This document shows positions 1 to 9,800 of a stretch of 64,000 nt of DNA, one piece after another. Source of the stretch: an archaeon (lineage in GTDB: Archaea > Asgardarchaeota > Thorarchaeia > Thorarchaeales > Thorarchaeaceae); NCBI GenBank assembly GCA_024276825.1, contig JAJRWI010000009.1, positions 1 to 64,000 of the forward strand, written 5' to 3'. Every line of letters starts with the position of its first letter. Position 1 is the stretch's first letter. The notes beneath the pieces were generated by a model. That model was not told the DNA's origin, searched no databases, and saw only the letters and a program-made list of their open reading frames with translations. The position numbers and the translations under genes were made by a program.

Positions 1-332
1 ACATTCAATTGCTTCCTTGGCCTCTTCAAGAGTATATTCAGTGATTCGTGCATCAGGATAGTGAGCCTGAACATAATGATTAGCTAACTCTCGTAAGCAT
101 CCCATGACAAGCTTAGGCACTTTAATGCCTGTTTCAATCAATACATCAAGTAGTTCTGTGAGAAGATGAGTATGGGACCTAGCACCAATGATTTGTATTA
201 GAATACCTTTAAGAAACGCTCTACAGCCTGCTGATATGAAAAGTAAGCAAAATCATACCTCTTGCTTGTAATGGACTCATGAGATATTTCCTGATACATT
301 TTCGCCCTTTTGAACCACTGATTAGATTTCAT
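1..332 (-). pseudogene. HEPN-domain protein (HEPN/MNT TA type), frameshifted; runs off window edge
   Basis: Hand translation from ATG 332: MKSNQWFKRAKMYQEISHESITSKRYDFAYFSYQQAVERFLKVF* (stop 200-198). The -1 frame continues LKGILIQIIGARSHTHLLTELL...HYVQAHYPDARITEYTLEEAKEAIEC. The QQAxE-xLK, THxL and YPD motifs are typical of HEPN. Not in the ORF track. Confidence 0.8.
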
Positions 333-733
333 TTTGACCCGCCATAACGCGGATAGTCTATAATGATATTATATTCAATCATCAAGGGCTTGTTGGTCTA
401 ATGGTTGTTGGATTGTGCAGTGATGCATGGAGTTTAGATGATCACAGATATCAATTAAAAAGATGATATCTGAAAGAGATAGTGACGAGTCCCAATGGTC
501 ATGTCTAGAATAATGCAATGAAATAAGCCCTGTGCTCGTTCAATTAGAGCTGCATATAAAAATCCAACTTTCAACTAATGTTTTTCCGTAAAGAAACTGT
601 CTTGAGAAGTTAATAAAATAGAGCAAAATTTTATTAAATGAAGAAAAAATGGCCGAATTATTGTGTGAGAAAACAATAAATAGTATCAAATTATGACCTT
701 AAAGACCGAAATAATTACGAGTTGAAATATTAA

Positions 734-3085
734 ATGACGTTGAAATATCCCTTGATAGTATCATTGATTATTGTGAGTCTGTTTCTTTCAATTCCAAACA
801 ACTCAATGATGAGTTCACCCGAATTTCAAATAGAAATGGACAGACAAAATCAAGTAATGAAACCTGCTGAAATCAACTTCACTCGTGCAGAGTGGAAAGG
901 AAATTCAGTGATTAATGGTGAATTCGAAAAGTGGTATTCAGATAACCTACCTTATTCTTTTAATGGAATGGGAACGACTGAAATGGATGGATGGTATGCT
1001 GAATCGCCATGGCCAGTGTATGAGGGAAGCCGCTCACTTGGGTTCCATGTACGAACCTTGAATCCCAACCAGGTATCTATCAATCAAATAACCATGAGCA
1101 ACTGGACATTGTTTAACAATCCAACAAACCTCACAATAAAGCTTGACTATTATATAGAAAATGTCCCAAATCCATCTAGTGATAATGCCTTTTTCATCCA
1201 ATTGAAATTCTATGATTCATCGATCAGGTACTTGAATTACTATTTTGCTGGTCAGCCTACTTTATTTTTATCCAACTCATCAGTAAGGTCAAACATTATA
1301 ATAGACAGCCAGTTTGGTATGTGGCATGCCTTTGAACGAAATCTCACACAAGACTATTTTGATTCTTTTGCAGCAATGCCAATAGGATTCTATAATATGT
1401 ACATCTATGTGAAAACAGTTTCAGATAAATACGCCCGCGCGTTTATTGATGATGTAAATCTCGTAAACGGATCTTTTGTAAAGATTGGTGGAAATACTAA
1501 TCATGGCAATTTCGAAACCAGTGGAACAGGCACCAATTGGACATGGAATATTGGGGATCCCGGTGTAGTTTCTAAGAGCTCTGATTCAATTGTAGGAAAC
1601 TGGAGTGTCAACGCAACAGTCATTTCAAAGGGGAATGATGCATATGCAGAGATCATATATAATGTCGGGAAGATGCTCAATTCACAGACTCCAGGAATAC
1701 TATCAATGTCATGGCGATTGATTGACTTGCAGGGCTCAGGGCCCAATGCCTCATCATATCTAAGGTTAGACTGTCAAAATGGAACCGGACAGTCTTTCAC
1801 CGTTTACTACATGTTCACCTATGGCGGTAGCACACCACCATTCTCAGGTCCAGATAGTATTGTGGTTAATGTTCCGAATTTTAACACAACAGGCTCTTGG
1901 CAGACATTCAGTCGAAACATATTTGATGATGTCACTGCAGTCAACCAGACTACGAATCTGTTTATCAGTGGTCTTTCTCTGCGAGCATTCTCAAGAGAGC
2001 CCTCATCTCGCATCAGCATCCTCTTTGATAATTTATCCATTATTGTGCCATATGTCAATGGGGCGAGCTTTGAGGAGGAAGGCGATATCGGTGACGAAAT
2101 CAAATCATGGAGCTATTACTATGTGGCTTCGGATCCTGCATTCACGGTCACGAATGAGTCATATACAGGAAACAAGGCAGCAAATCTGACCGTGATAAAT
2201 GGTGATTACTTTTCAATGACTCAGAATTTGAACAAGAGGCCGCTAAGCAATAGGACCGAGTTGTACCTTGACTGGAGTTGGCGGCTTGACAATATTACAA
2301 GCATTATGGATGAATATGTTATGCTCTTGGTCTATACTAGCGCATATGATATTGCATATGTCATGGGCAATTCGAGTCTTGCACAATATTCTGATGAAGC
2401 AGATGCCTACATTGTCCTACCAGAGGCAAATGTGCTCGGCGGCTGGGTAAACACAGTGAGAGAGCTCTATGCAGACTATGTGTCGTTGTTCGGAGCGCCG
2501 TCGGACTCCCTTTATTTGAAACAATTGGTCCTCGTTGCGGACTCGTGGAGTCAGAGTGAAGTCAATATTTTATTGGATGACCTGTACCTTTACTATGATC
2601 CAGAACCATATCTTTCAAACCCAGGCTTCTCGCCTTTGATTCCAACAGAGGACCAAGCTGTATCGGTTCAGGTGACTGCCATTGATCCTAGTCTTGACAA
2701 GGTACTTGTGTACTATCGAGCCGATGGTGGTACTTGGCAGACAGCAACTCTCACTGCTGCGACAGGAAATATGTATACTGGCGAGATTCTGGCACAGGCT
2801 TCTGGTACGCTAGTTGAGTTTTACTTCTTTGCGAACGACACATATCAGCAGACTACGAATCTAATGAATGGGTCTGAGTACTTCTCATATTCAGTGCAGT
2901 TGTCTGCGACATCCATGACTACAACGACTACGACTACAACAACTCCAAATGATACTACAACTTCCACTACAACTTCTCCAACAGAGAACCCTCTTGATTC
3001 CATGCTTGCACTTGTGTATATTGCAGGAGCCGTTGCTCTGGTTATTGTAGTCATTTTGATAATGCGGAGCAAGGGAAGAACATGA
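734..3085 (+). CDS. Cell-surface glycoprotein: signal peptide, repeated NGxFE beta-sandwich (CBM-like) modules, Ig-like module, Thr linker, C-terminal TM
   Basis: Hydrophobic N-terminus, NGEFE/HGNFE/NGASFE motifs, many NxS/T sequons, poly-Thr, TM plus basic tail; paralog of 3442-5793. Confidence 0.75.
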   Translation: MTLKYPLIVSLIIVSLFLSIPNNSMMSSPEFQIEMDRQNQVMKPAEINFTRAEWKGNSVINGEFEKWYSDNLPYSFNGMGTTEMDGWYAESPWPVYEGSRSLGFHVRTLNPNQVSINQITMSNWTLFNNPTNLTIKLDYYIENVPNPSSDNAFFIQLKFYDSSIRYLNYYFAGQPTLFLSNSSVRSNIIIDSQFGMWHAFERNLTQDYFDSFAAMPIGFYNMYIYVKTVSDKYARAFIDDVNLVNGSFVKIGGNTNHGNFETSGTGTNWTWNIGDPGVVSKSSDSIVGNWSVNATVISKGNDAYAEIIYNVGKMLNSQTPGILSMSWRLIDLQGSGPNASSYLRLDCQNGTGQSFTVYYMFTYGGSTPPFSGPDSIVVNVPNFNTTGSWQTFSRNIFDDVTAVNQTTNLFISGLSLRAFSREPSSRISILFDNLSIIVPYVNGASFEEEGDIGDEIKSWSYYYVASDPAFTVTNESYTGNKAANLTVINGDYFSMTQNLNKRPLSNRTELYLDWSWRLDNITSIMDEYVMLLVYTSAYDIAYVMGNSSLAQYSDEADAYIVLPEANVLGGWVNTVRELYADYVSLFGAPSDSLYLKQLVLVADSWSQSEVNILLDDLYLYYDPEPYLSNPGFSPLIPTEDQAVSVQVTAIDPSLDKVLVYYRADGGTWQTATLTAATGNMYTGEILAQASGTLVEFYFFANDTYQQTTNLMNGSEYFSYSVQLSATSMTTTTTTTTTPNDTTTSTTTSPTENPLDSMLALVYIAGAVALVIVVILIMRSKGRT
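2914..2982 (+). repeat. Low-complexity ACN codon run encoding Thr-rich linker
   Basis: actacaacgactacgactacaacaact... in frame with the surface protein. Confidence 0.7.
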
Positions 3086-3139
3086 AGCTCATGGTTCAAC
3101 ATAGAATGTGAATCAATGAGAAACGCACCATATGTACAT

Positions 3140-3174
3140 GCTATGGGCCCTTCGTGGCTCATAGCTTTTTTTTT
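3140..3174 (+). terminator. Hairpin plus T9 tract
   Basis: gctatgggcc-cttcgt-ggctcatagc (10-bp stem, one G-U) followed directly by ttttttttt, about 55 nt after the stop. Confidence 0.7.
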
Positions 3175-3441
3175 CTTTTATTCCTTTAAAAGGCACGAGT
3201 ACAAAAAGATCCAATGGCAGGTTTTATGAGACCATCTAATTGTGCATGGATGTGAGACTACCGTGGACATCAATCAAAAGGCCAACCAAAATAACTAGCA
3301 TGGAATTGGATTGAAATCAGGTAATCCATGAGACATCATTACCTGAATCCAGCCCAATGCTATTTCTGTGCAGATAGGAAGTAATATTAAATGATGCAGT
3401 TCTATCTTGATGATTCTTAATTATAACGAGATGAATAATTA

Positions 3442-5793
3442 ATGCATAATAGAATTCAATTGTCTTGTATTGTTGTACTGATAGGTCTGATGCTTGCACA
3501 GCCTGTTGGTCTTATGATTAGTGTAAATGTGTATTCAGATCAAATTGAAACGAATTCCCCCATTAGGAGGCTCTCCGAAACAAATCTGACCCGTGAAATA
3601 TGGAGAAGTAATAACATCAAAAATAGTGGTTTTGAGTCATGGACTGAAGATGGTGTTCTTGATAGCTTTACTTCAACAGTGACAACTGAGAAGTACGCAT
3701 GGTACGCAGAAGCACCAGAACCTGTTAGTCAGGGAAGCAGATCACTGGGAATTAGGGCAAGAACACTGAGTCCAACAGCAATCTCGACCAATCGGGTCAC
3801 ACTCACTAATTGGACATATTTGACAGACCCCACAAACCTTACACTATCAATTGACTATTATATCGATCAAATGCCCAACGTGACAAAGGGAGACGCATTC
3901 TATGTGTTTATTAATATGGGCGCTCCAACAAAGAACCTTTACTATTATCTTGCTGGTGAGTCAGGATATTCAAACAGCACATCAAGTGTCTACTATATCT
4001 TGAACAATCCTGCGGGATCATGGCAGAAGTTGCAGAGAAACCTAACTCAAGACTTCATTGACGCCTTTGGATACACGCCCACACAGTTCAGACTAGCGAA
4101 CATCTATGTTGTGAGCCACACCGATGAGTATGTCAGCACATACATCGATGATATGCAAATCATTAATGGGACATTTGTAAAGGTGGGAGGAAGTATAAAT
4201 CATGGTGATTTTGAACTTGGAGGAACCGGTACCGGTTGGACATGGTACACAGGCGATCCCAGTGTCATTGCTCCCAGCTCTGATTCAATAGAAGGAAACT
4301 TGAGTGCGAATATAACGGCAATATCAAACGGTCACTCAAGCATTGCCCGAGTCAAAACGGACATTGGCAAGCTCTTGACCCCCCTTAACCTAGGGATTGT
4401 TTCGGTTTCTTGGAAACTTGACATTTTGAAAAACTCTAGTAGCACTGTATATGCTTACCTGAATATTGATGGAATGAATGGAACAGGACAAGAGTTTAAC
4501 ATCTATTACATGCTGACATATGGCGGTACATCACTGCCATTCAGTGGTTCAGGCGCAGTCATGTTCAATGCTACAGGATTCAATGAAACTGGTCAATGGC
4601 ATGAGTTCAACAGAAACATACTTGATGACCTAAAGTCGGTGAATCAGACAGAGGATTTCTTTGTAGATAGCATTGAAATGAGTGTATATGCATACCATGC
4701 ATCATCGCAGGTCACCCTTCTTATTGATAACATGACATTTGTATCATCAATCCTCAATGACATGAGTTACGAGCAGGAAGGAAACATTGGTGATGAGATC
4801 AAGTCGTGGAGCTGGAATAGCATATACACAGACCCGCATTTCACTGTGACCAATATTTCATACACTGGAAACAAAGCTGCCAACCTTACAGTCGCTGACA
4901 ATGATTACTACGGAGCCAACCAAAACCTAAATCAAATGCAATTAAACAACAGGACCGAACTGTTTCTCGATTGGAACTGGCGATTGAACAATTTCACCAA
5001 TCTGAATGATGAATACGTAATGTTGTGTTTTTACTTTGAGTCAGAGGGCTTTGCCTATGTCATGGGTAATGCAAGCCTCGCGGAAAATACTGGAGAATGT
5101 GATAAGTACATTGTACTCCCAGAAGCAGGCGTCATGAATGGCTGGGTGAACACACAACGTGACATCTACGCAGATTATGTGTCGCTGTTTGGAAGTGCTG
5201 AAACTAGCATAAGTGAGATATACTTAGTTGCATATGCCCCAGCGGGCGGTAAGATCGAGATTTTATTCGATGATCTCTATCTGTTCTATGACCCCGCACC
5301 TGACCTCTACAACCCTAAAATCTCCACGTTAGTCCCTACTGATGAGATGACAGTTAATGTCAATGTCACAGCTTTCGATTTGAATCTAGACGCAGTTCTA
5401 CTATTCTATAGAGTTGATGCAGGTTCATGGATATCGATCTCTATGAGCAATCTGGTTGGCAATACTTTCACTGCTACGATTCCAGAACAGTCTGCAGATA
5501 CTGTAGTTGAATACTATTTCTTCGCCAATGACACATACGAGAAAGAAACCACCCTGATGAATGACACAGACTACTTCAGATACACAGTAATGGCATCTTC
5601 AACTACATCTACCACAACAACAACTACGACTACCACAACCACATCACCAGAATCTACAACAACTACAACCACGCCCACACAAGGACAATTGATGGATCCC
5701 ACAATGGTTCTGTTAGCCATTGGGCTTATTGCTGCAGTGGTCGTCATTGTGCTTATATTTGCTTACAACAAGGGTAGATTGGGCAAAAACTAG
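3442..5793 (+). CDS. Cell-surface glycoprotein, tandem paralog of 734-3085
   Basis: Same length (783 aa) and collinear motifs (WYAEAPEPVSQGSRSLG, EGNIGDEIKSWS, YTGNKAANLTV, NRTELFLDWNWRL), Thr linker, C-terminal TM. Confidence 0.75.
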   Translation: MHNRIQLSCIVVLIGLMLAQPVGLMISVNVYSDQIETNSPIRRLSETNLTREIWRSNNIKNSGFESWTEDGVLDSFTSTVTTEKYAWYAEAPEPVSQGSRSLGIRARTLSPTAISTNRVTLTNWTYLTDPTNLTLSIDYYIDQMPNVTKGDAFYVFINMGAPTKNLYYYLAGESGYSNSTSSVYYILNNPAGSWQKLQRNLTQDFIDAFGYTPTQFRLANIYVVSHTDEYVSTYIDDMQIINGTFVKVGGSINHGDFELGGTGTGWTWYTGDPSVIAPSSDSIEGNLSANITAISNGHSSIARVKTDIGKLLTPLNLGIVSVSWKLDILKNSSSTVYAYLNIDGMNGTGQEFNIYYMLTYGGTSLPFSGSGAVMFNATGFNETGQWHEFNRNILDDLKSVNQTEDFFVDSIEMSVYAYHASSQVTLLIDNMTFVSSILNDMSYEQEGNIGDEIKSWSWNSIYTDPHFTVTNISYTGNKAANLTVADNDYYGANQNLNQMQLNNRTELFLDWNWRLNNFTNLNDEYVMLCFYFESEGFAYVMGNASLAENTGECDKYIVLPEAGVMNGWVNTQRDIYADYVSLFGSAETSISEIYLVAYAPAGGKIEILFDDLYLFYDPAPDLYNPKISTLVPTDEMTVNVNVTAFDLNLDAVLLFYRVDAGSWISISMSNLVGNTFTATIPEQSADTVVEYYFFANDTYEKETTLMNDTDYFRYTVMASSTTSTTTTTTTTTTTSPESTTTTTTPTQGQLMDPTMVLLAIGLIAAVVVIVLIFAYNKGRLGKN

Positions 5794-5815
5794 CCCGCAT
5801 ATATTTGAATGGACC

Positions 5816-5853
5816 ATGGACCTTTGAGGTTCGGGTCCATTTGCTCCTTTTTT
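5816..5853 (+). terminator. Hairpin plus T tract
   Basis: atggacc...ggtccat stem followed by ttgctcctttttt just after the stop. Confidence 0.5.
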
Positions 5854-5997
5854 GACTCTTGAAGATTAATGACTCCTTCTTTGTATAATCGTATCAGGCT
5901 AGACGTTCTTCTCTGAGAAATCGGTAGTAAATAAGGTCATATATCATGATACAAATCAGATAGAGAAAATTAAAACAGTCAATGTTAATAATCATTA

Positions 5998-6549
5998 TTG
6001 AAAAATCGTGAGAGGATTGAGTTGAGTCAGAGAATCGGGAGGTTCATCATCAAGATTCAGAAAGGAGATATCACTGAGTTTGATGTGGATGCAGTAATCA
6101 ATGCCGCGAACTCGGATCTCTGGATGGGCTCGGGGGTTGCAGGTGCCATTAAGAGTAAGGGGGGTATCATGATAGAGAGAGAAGCAATGGCGCAAGGTCC
6201 CATAAAGCCCGGTGAAGCGATCATCACAACAGGAGGAAACCTCAAGGCAATACATGTGATTCATTGCGCTGGAATGCCACCTGGAGGACAAGCAACATTC
6301 CTAGCAGTCAAAGAATCAATGGACCATGCAATTCGTCTTGCAGATGGTCATGGGTTGCGTTCTGTCGCAGTCCCTGCAATAGGTGCAGGTGTTGGTGGTC
6401 TTACAATAAATGAGGCTATGGAGGCGATTCTCGCTGCAATCAGAGAGAATTGCGAGGCACATGGTCCACTCGCAGAGATAGTCCTTGTTGGATATGGTGA
6501 GCGCGCCTATAACGAGATCTGCAAGATTGTGCAGAAATCTGGTGAGTAG
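5998..6549 (+). CDS. Macro domain protein (MacroD-type ADP-ribose/O-acetyl-ADP-ribose hydrolase)
   Basis: GDIT, VINAAN, MGSGVAGAI, VIH and PAIGAGVGG motifs; true start may be slightly downstream. Confidence 0.9.
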   Translation: MKNRERIELSQRIGRFIIKIQKGDITEFDVDAVINAANSDLWMGSGVAGAIKSKGGIMIEREAMAQGPIKPGEAIITTGGNLKAIHVIHCAGMPPGGQATFLAVKESMDHAIRLADGHGLRSVAVPAIGAGVGGLTINEAMEAILAAIRENCEAHGPLAEIVLVGYGERAYNEICKIVQKSGE

Positions 6550-6550
6550 A

Positions 6551-7042
6551 ATGCAGTGCTGGAAGGTAGGAAACATCTCGGTCAGAATAACATTGGGCAA
6601 TCCTAGTAATGAGGAGATTGATCTTGCTGTTACCTCAGAGGGAATCACACTCGGTTTCGATCCATCTGACCCATTCGGCAAGAGAACACCCGCAAAGATA
6701 TCAATCAAGGAGGATGCCCCAGCGAAACATGTGATTCACTGGCCACAGGTCTCCGTGCTGGATGAGAACCGCAGAGAGATTATCTACAACACTGTCAAGA
6801 AAGCTCTTGAGTCAGCCCACAAAGAACAGATGCAAAAGATCGGTTTCTACATCTTCTCTCTTGAAGTTGCACGGATTCCCAGCTGGGAGGTTGCAGAGGA
6901 GATAGTGAGAGCACTTCAAAACACAAGCAATGAACACTCTAGTGTTGATTCGGTCATCATAGTCACAAGCTCCGCAGTCCAGATGAGCTCACTCCAGTTC
7001 GCTCTTGAGAACCAGAACCTTGTCACTTACAAGAATGACTGA
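6551..7042 (+). CDS. Degenerate macro-fold protein
   Basis: ATG 6551 lies 1 nt after the upstream stop; KHVIH and the following helix/strand pattern match macro topology, but NAAN, GGGV and GxxG are absent. Confidence 0.5.
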   Translation: MQCWKVGNISVRITLGNPSNEEIDLAVTSEGITLGFDPSDPFGKRTPAKISIKEDAPAKHVIHWPQVSVLDENRREIIYNTVKKALESAHKEQMQKIGFYIFSLEVARIPSWEVAEEIVRALQNTSNEHSSVDSVIIVTSSAVQMSSLQFALENQNLVTYKND

Positions 7043-7252
7043 TTTTTTTCATATCTTATTATAATTCATGAAAACGCTCATTGATAGTATTCTCATATCT
7101 TGCATCCCGTTCAAGAGATGCTAAAGCGCAATATGCATAGTAAGCTTTGGTATCAAGACAATAGAGTTCAGCAATTTGGAGTATAAAAAACTCAACATTT
7201 CTTTAACGCAATGTTTGTACTCGTGGGAGTGAATATTAATTTAGTGGGACAT

Positions 7253-7501
7253 GTGTCATTTATTGCGAAAGTTGACAAAAAGGGAGGAATTCTACTGCAA
7301 AAAGAAACTAGAGAAAATGTTGGAATTAAAGAGGAAAGTAATGCTAGAATAAGAATTGAGAGTGAAAAAAAGGCAATCGAGCCGCTAGAGTCGATTGCAG
7401 ACAAATTCTTCGGAGTTTTCAGCAGTGATAGATGGCCAAAAGATCTTGATAACTTCATACTGGAGGTTATTAAAAATTGGAAGATATCAAGCAGTACATA
7501 G
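7253..7501 (+). CDS. AbrB/MazE-family antitoxin (VapB-like)
   Basis: AKVDKKGGILLQKETRENVGIKE resembles the AbrB signature; overlaps the PIN gene; GTG 7253 is the likely start. Confidence 0.7.
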   Translation: MSFIAKVDKKGGILLQKETRENVGIKEESNARIRIESEKKAIEPLESIADKFFGVFSSDRWPKDLDNFILEVIKNWKISSST

Positions 7502-7901
7502 ATGTCAGCATATTTGTTTATTGGCTTGGGAACCATCTCCTACTTTTGGACAAAAAGCATATGATTGGACTAAAAAGGTTGAGCAGAGCTCGCTGGGATC
7601 ATATGTAACAGCCAGTCCTTCGATTTACGAGGTCATGGTGATACTTGCAGGATTGACAAATAAAAAACTGAAAAACAATGAATTCACAAGGAGGATTATT
7701 GAGGCCATAACAAATCTGAGAGGCCTTATGATAGAAGCAGTTACACATGAAGAAATCTTATCAGCTCAAAGATTGATGATGCAGTATAATTTGGATTATG
7801 AGGATGCCTTGCACCTCTCGGTCGCTGCAAAGGTCAATGCAAAAGAAATAGTTTCAGATGATATTGATTTTGAAAATTTACCTATCGAGTCCTCCAATTA
7901 G
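7477..7901 (+). pseudogene. vapC: PIN-domain VapC toxin, frameshifted
   Basis: TTG 7477 gives LEDIKQYIDVSIFVYWLGNH; an extra ct at about 7537 moves the rest (PTFGQKAYDW...SIYEV...YEDALHLSVA...IVSDDIDF) to another frame. Confidence 0.8.
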
Positions 7902-8084
7902 ATATTGAATATTTGCATCAAAATTCGTCCTATGAGTCAAATTAAGTCGAGCATGTTCGTGATTAATGCCCAACTCTGCTCAAGAAGAATCAATAGCAGG
8001 TCATATCATTTGTCCATAAAGGTTCTGATTGAATAATTAGAATCAACCCAAGATGTGAGTTGGGCCAATATTGAAGAGATAATG

Positions 8085-9446
8085 CTATTTTCGAAATCGT
8101 CTACGTGCGGCATCTGCAGAAAGGACAATTGGGTCCCAAGTGTCGCAGATGGCAGGGGCGTAGCAATTCTCCCAGTCAAACACTTCGAGGGCGCTCAGAT
8201 CCTTTTGGATGGCAAGGGTCAGTACATTGATTCTCATAGCTGCATCCTCTACACCAATTATCTGGCCGCCAATGATTCTACCTGTGTGTTTATCGAACAG
8301 GGTCTTCACTTTTATCTCATGACCACCTTGAAAATAGGGAGGTTTGGTAGTGCCCTTGATTGAACCGCGCACAACCTCAATCTCGTACCTCTTGGCGAGT
8401 TGATCGGTAAGTCCTGTGCTGGCTATTTCGAGACCGAACAGTTTAGTGACCTTGGCACCAATGACTCCTGGGAACTTGATGTCGCCACCAGCAGCATTGA
8501 TGCCTGCAACACGAGCTTGGCGAACAGCAACGGTTCCGAGACCGCTCACAATGGTTCGTCGAGTGACAAAGTCGAAACTCTCGGCACAGTCGCCACATGC
8601 ATAGACGCCCTCAAGATTTGTCATCATGTGATTATCGGTCATGATTCCGCGAGTTGAACCAATCTGAACACCTATGTTCTCAGCAAGGTCAGTTACAGGT
8701 CTTACGCCTGTTGCAACAACAACAACATCAGCAGGAATCTCAGAAATTTCCTCATTCTCGCGGTTCTGCACAATGACGGCTGTGGGGGTTACATCGCCGA
8801 GAATCTCTTGGGCAGATGTGTTGGTCAATATCTTGAGACCGTGGGAACTGCAGTGTTCCTCTACAATTCGTGCCATTTCAGGATCCACCATGGCGAGGAG
8901 GATATTTGGTAGAAATTCAACAATGATAACATTGAGACCCCGTTCATGAAATGCTTCAGCGGTTTCCATGCCAATCAGACCACCGCCAATGACCACTACA
9001 TTCTTGGCCTTGTCAACCTCTTGAGCAAGGGCTTTTGCATCATCAAGGGTTCGCAGTCTATACACGCGTCTTTTATCCAGGCCTTTGATTGGTGGGTCTA
9101 TGTTTTTAGCTCCGGTGGCAAATACAAGGGAGTCATATTCCATTGAGCCAGTTCCCGCATCGCCGGTATAGAATATCTCTCTGTTTTCATGATCAATATT
9201 AGTGACCTTTGTGCCAAGCTTTGCATCTATTTTAAGAGACGCCCAGTTTTCAGGAGGGGTCAACACAAGGTCCTCAAATTCCTTGACCTTTCCCGATATT
9301 GTGTATGGAAGTCCACAACGAGAGTATTGCGAATATGGTTCGATGTCAAAAATCGTGATTTCGGCTTTACGATTAAACTTTCTAGCTTGCATGGCGGCGG
9401 TAGCCCCAGCTGCTCCACACCCAATGATAACTATCCTCACAGCCAT
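8085..9446 (-). CDS. NADH oxidase / CoA-disulfide reductase family flavoprotein
   Basis: GCGAAG FAD motif, YSRCGLPY redox Cys, ATG, GGGLIG NADH motif, ACGDC, C-terminal YAP. Confidence 0.9.
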   Translation of the reverse strand: MAVRIVIIGCGAAGATAAMQARKFNRKAEITIFDIEPYSQYSRCGLPYTISGKVKEFEDLVLTPPENWASLKIDAKLGTKVTNIDHENREIFYTGDAGTGSMEYDSLVFATGAKNIDPPIKGLDKRRVYRLRTLDDAKALAQEVDKAKNVVVIGGGLIGMETAEAFHERGLNVIIVEFLPNILLAMVDPEMARIVEEHCSSHGLKILTNTSAQEILGDVTPTAVIVQNRENEEISEIPADVVVVATGVRPVTDLAENIGVQIGSTRGIMTDNHMMTNLEGVYACGDCAESFDFVTRRTIVSGLGTVAVRQARVAGINAAGGDIKFPGVIGAKVTKLFGLEIASTGLTDQLAKRYEIEVVRGSIKGTTKPPYFQGGHEIKVKTLFDKHTGRIIGGQIIGVEDAAMRINVLTLAIQKDLSALEVFDWENCYAPAICDTWDPIVLSADAARRRFRK

Positions 9447-9742
9447 GGTGATTTACCTTCCTAGATAGGTTACACATCTTGCGACTGACATACTACAACT
9501 TCAATCTTTGGTAACAAGACATTGATAGTATATGAATGATATCACAGATTATAAAATAGGAAAGACATAGATGAAGGTTGGTTATTTGATTTTCATGAAG
9601 TAGAGAAGATGGCACTCTTTCTATTTGAGTAGAATAGACCATGCTTGCCAAATCCAATCAGTGCATAGTTTCGATGACTATCAAAACACTCTTGATTGTA
9701 ATTTCTAGCACATTTTCTTTCAATACTAACTGTACTAGATTT

Positions 9743-9770
9743 AAAAAAATGTGAGCCCAATAATGGGCTC
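9743..9770 (-). terminator. Hairpin plus U tract (minus strand)
   Basis: gagccca-ataa-tgggctc with adjacent aaaaaaa, about 30 nt past the stop at 9801. Confidence 0.55.
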
Positions 9771-9800
9771 GTTCCATTTGGGTGTTTGATCACTAATCAA

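Noticed and set aside
5601-5679. Microsatellite / phase-variation tract
   Set aside because: Mixed ACN codons encoding a Thr linker
7395-7536. N-terminus of the 168-aa ORF
   Set aside because: Artefact of the vapC frameshift; overlaps the antitoxin
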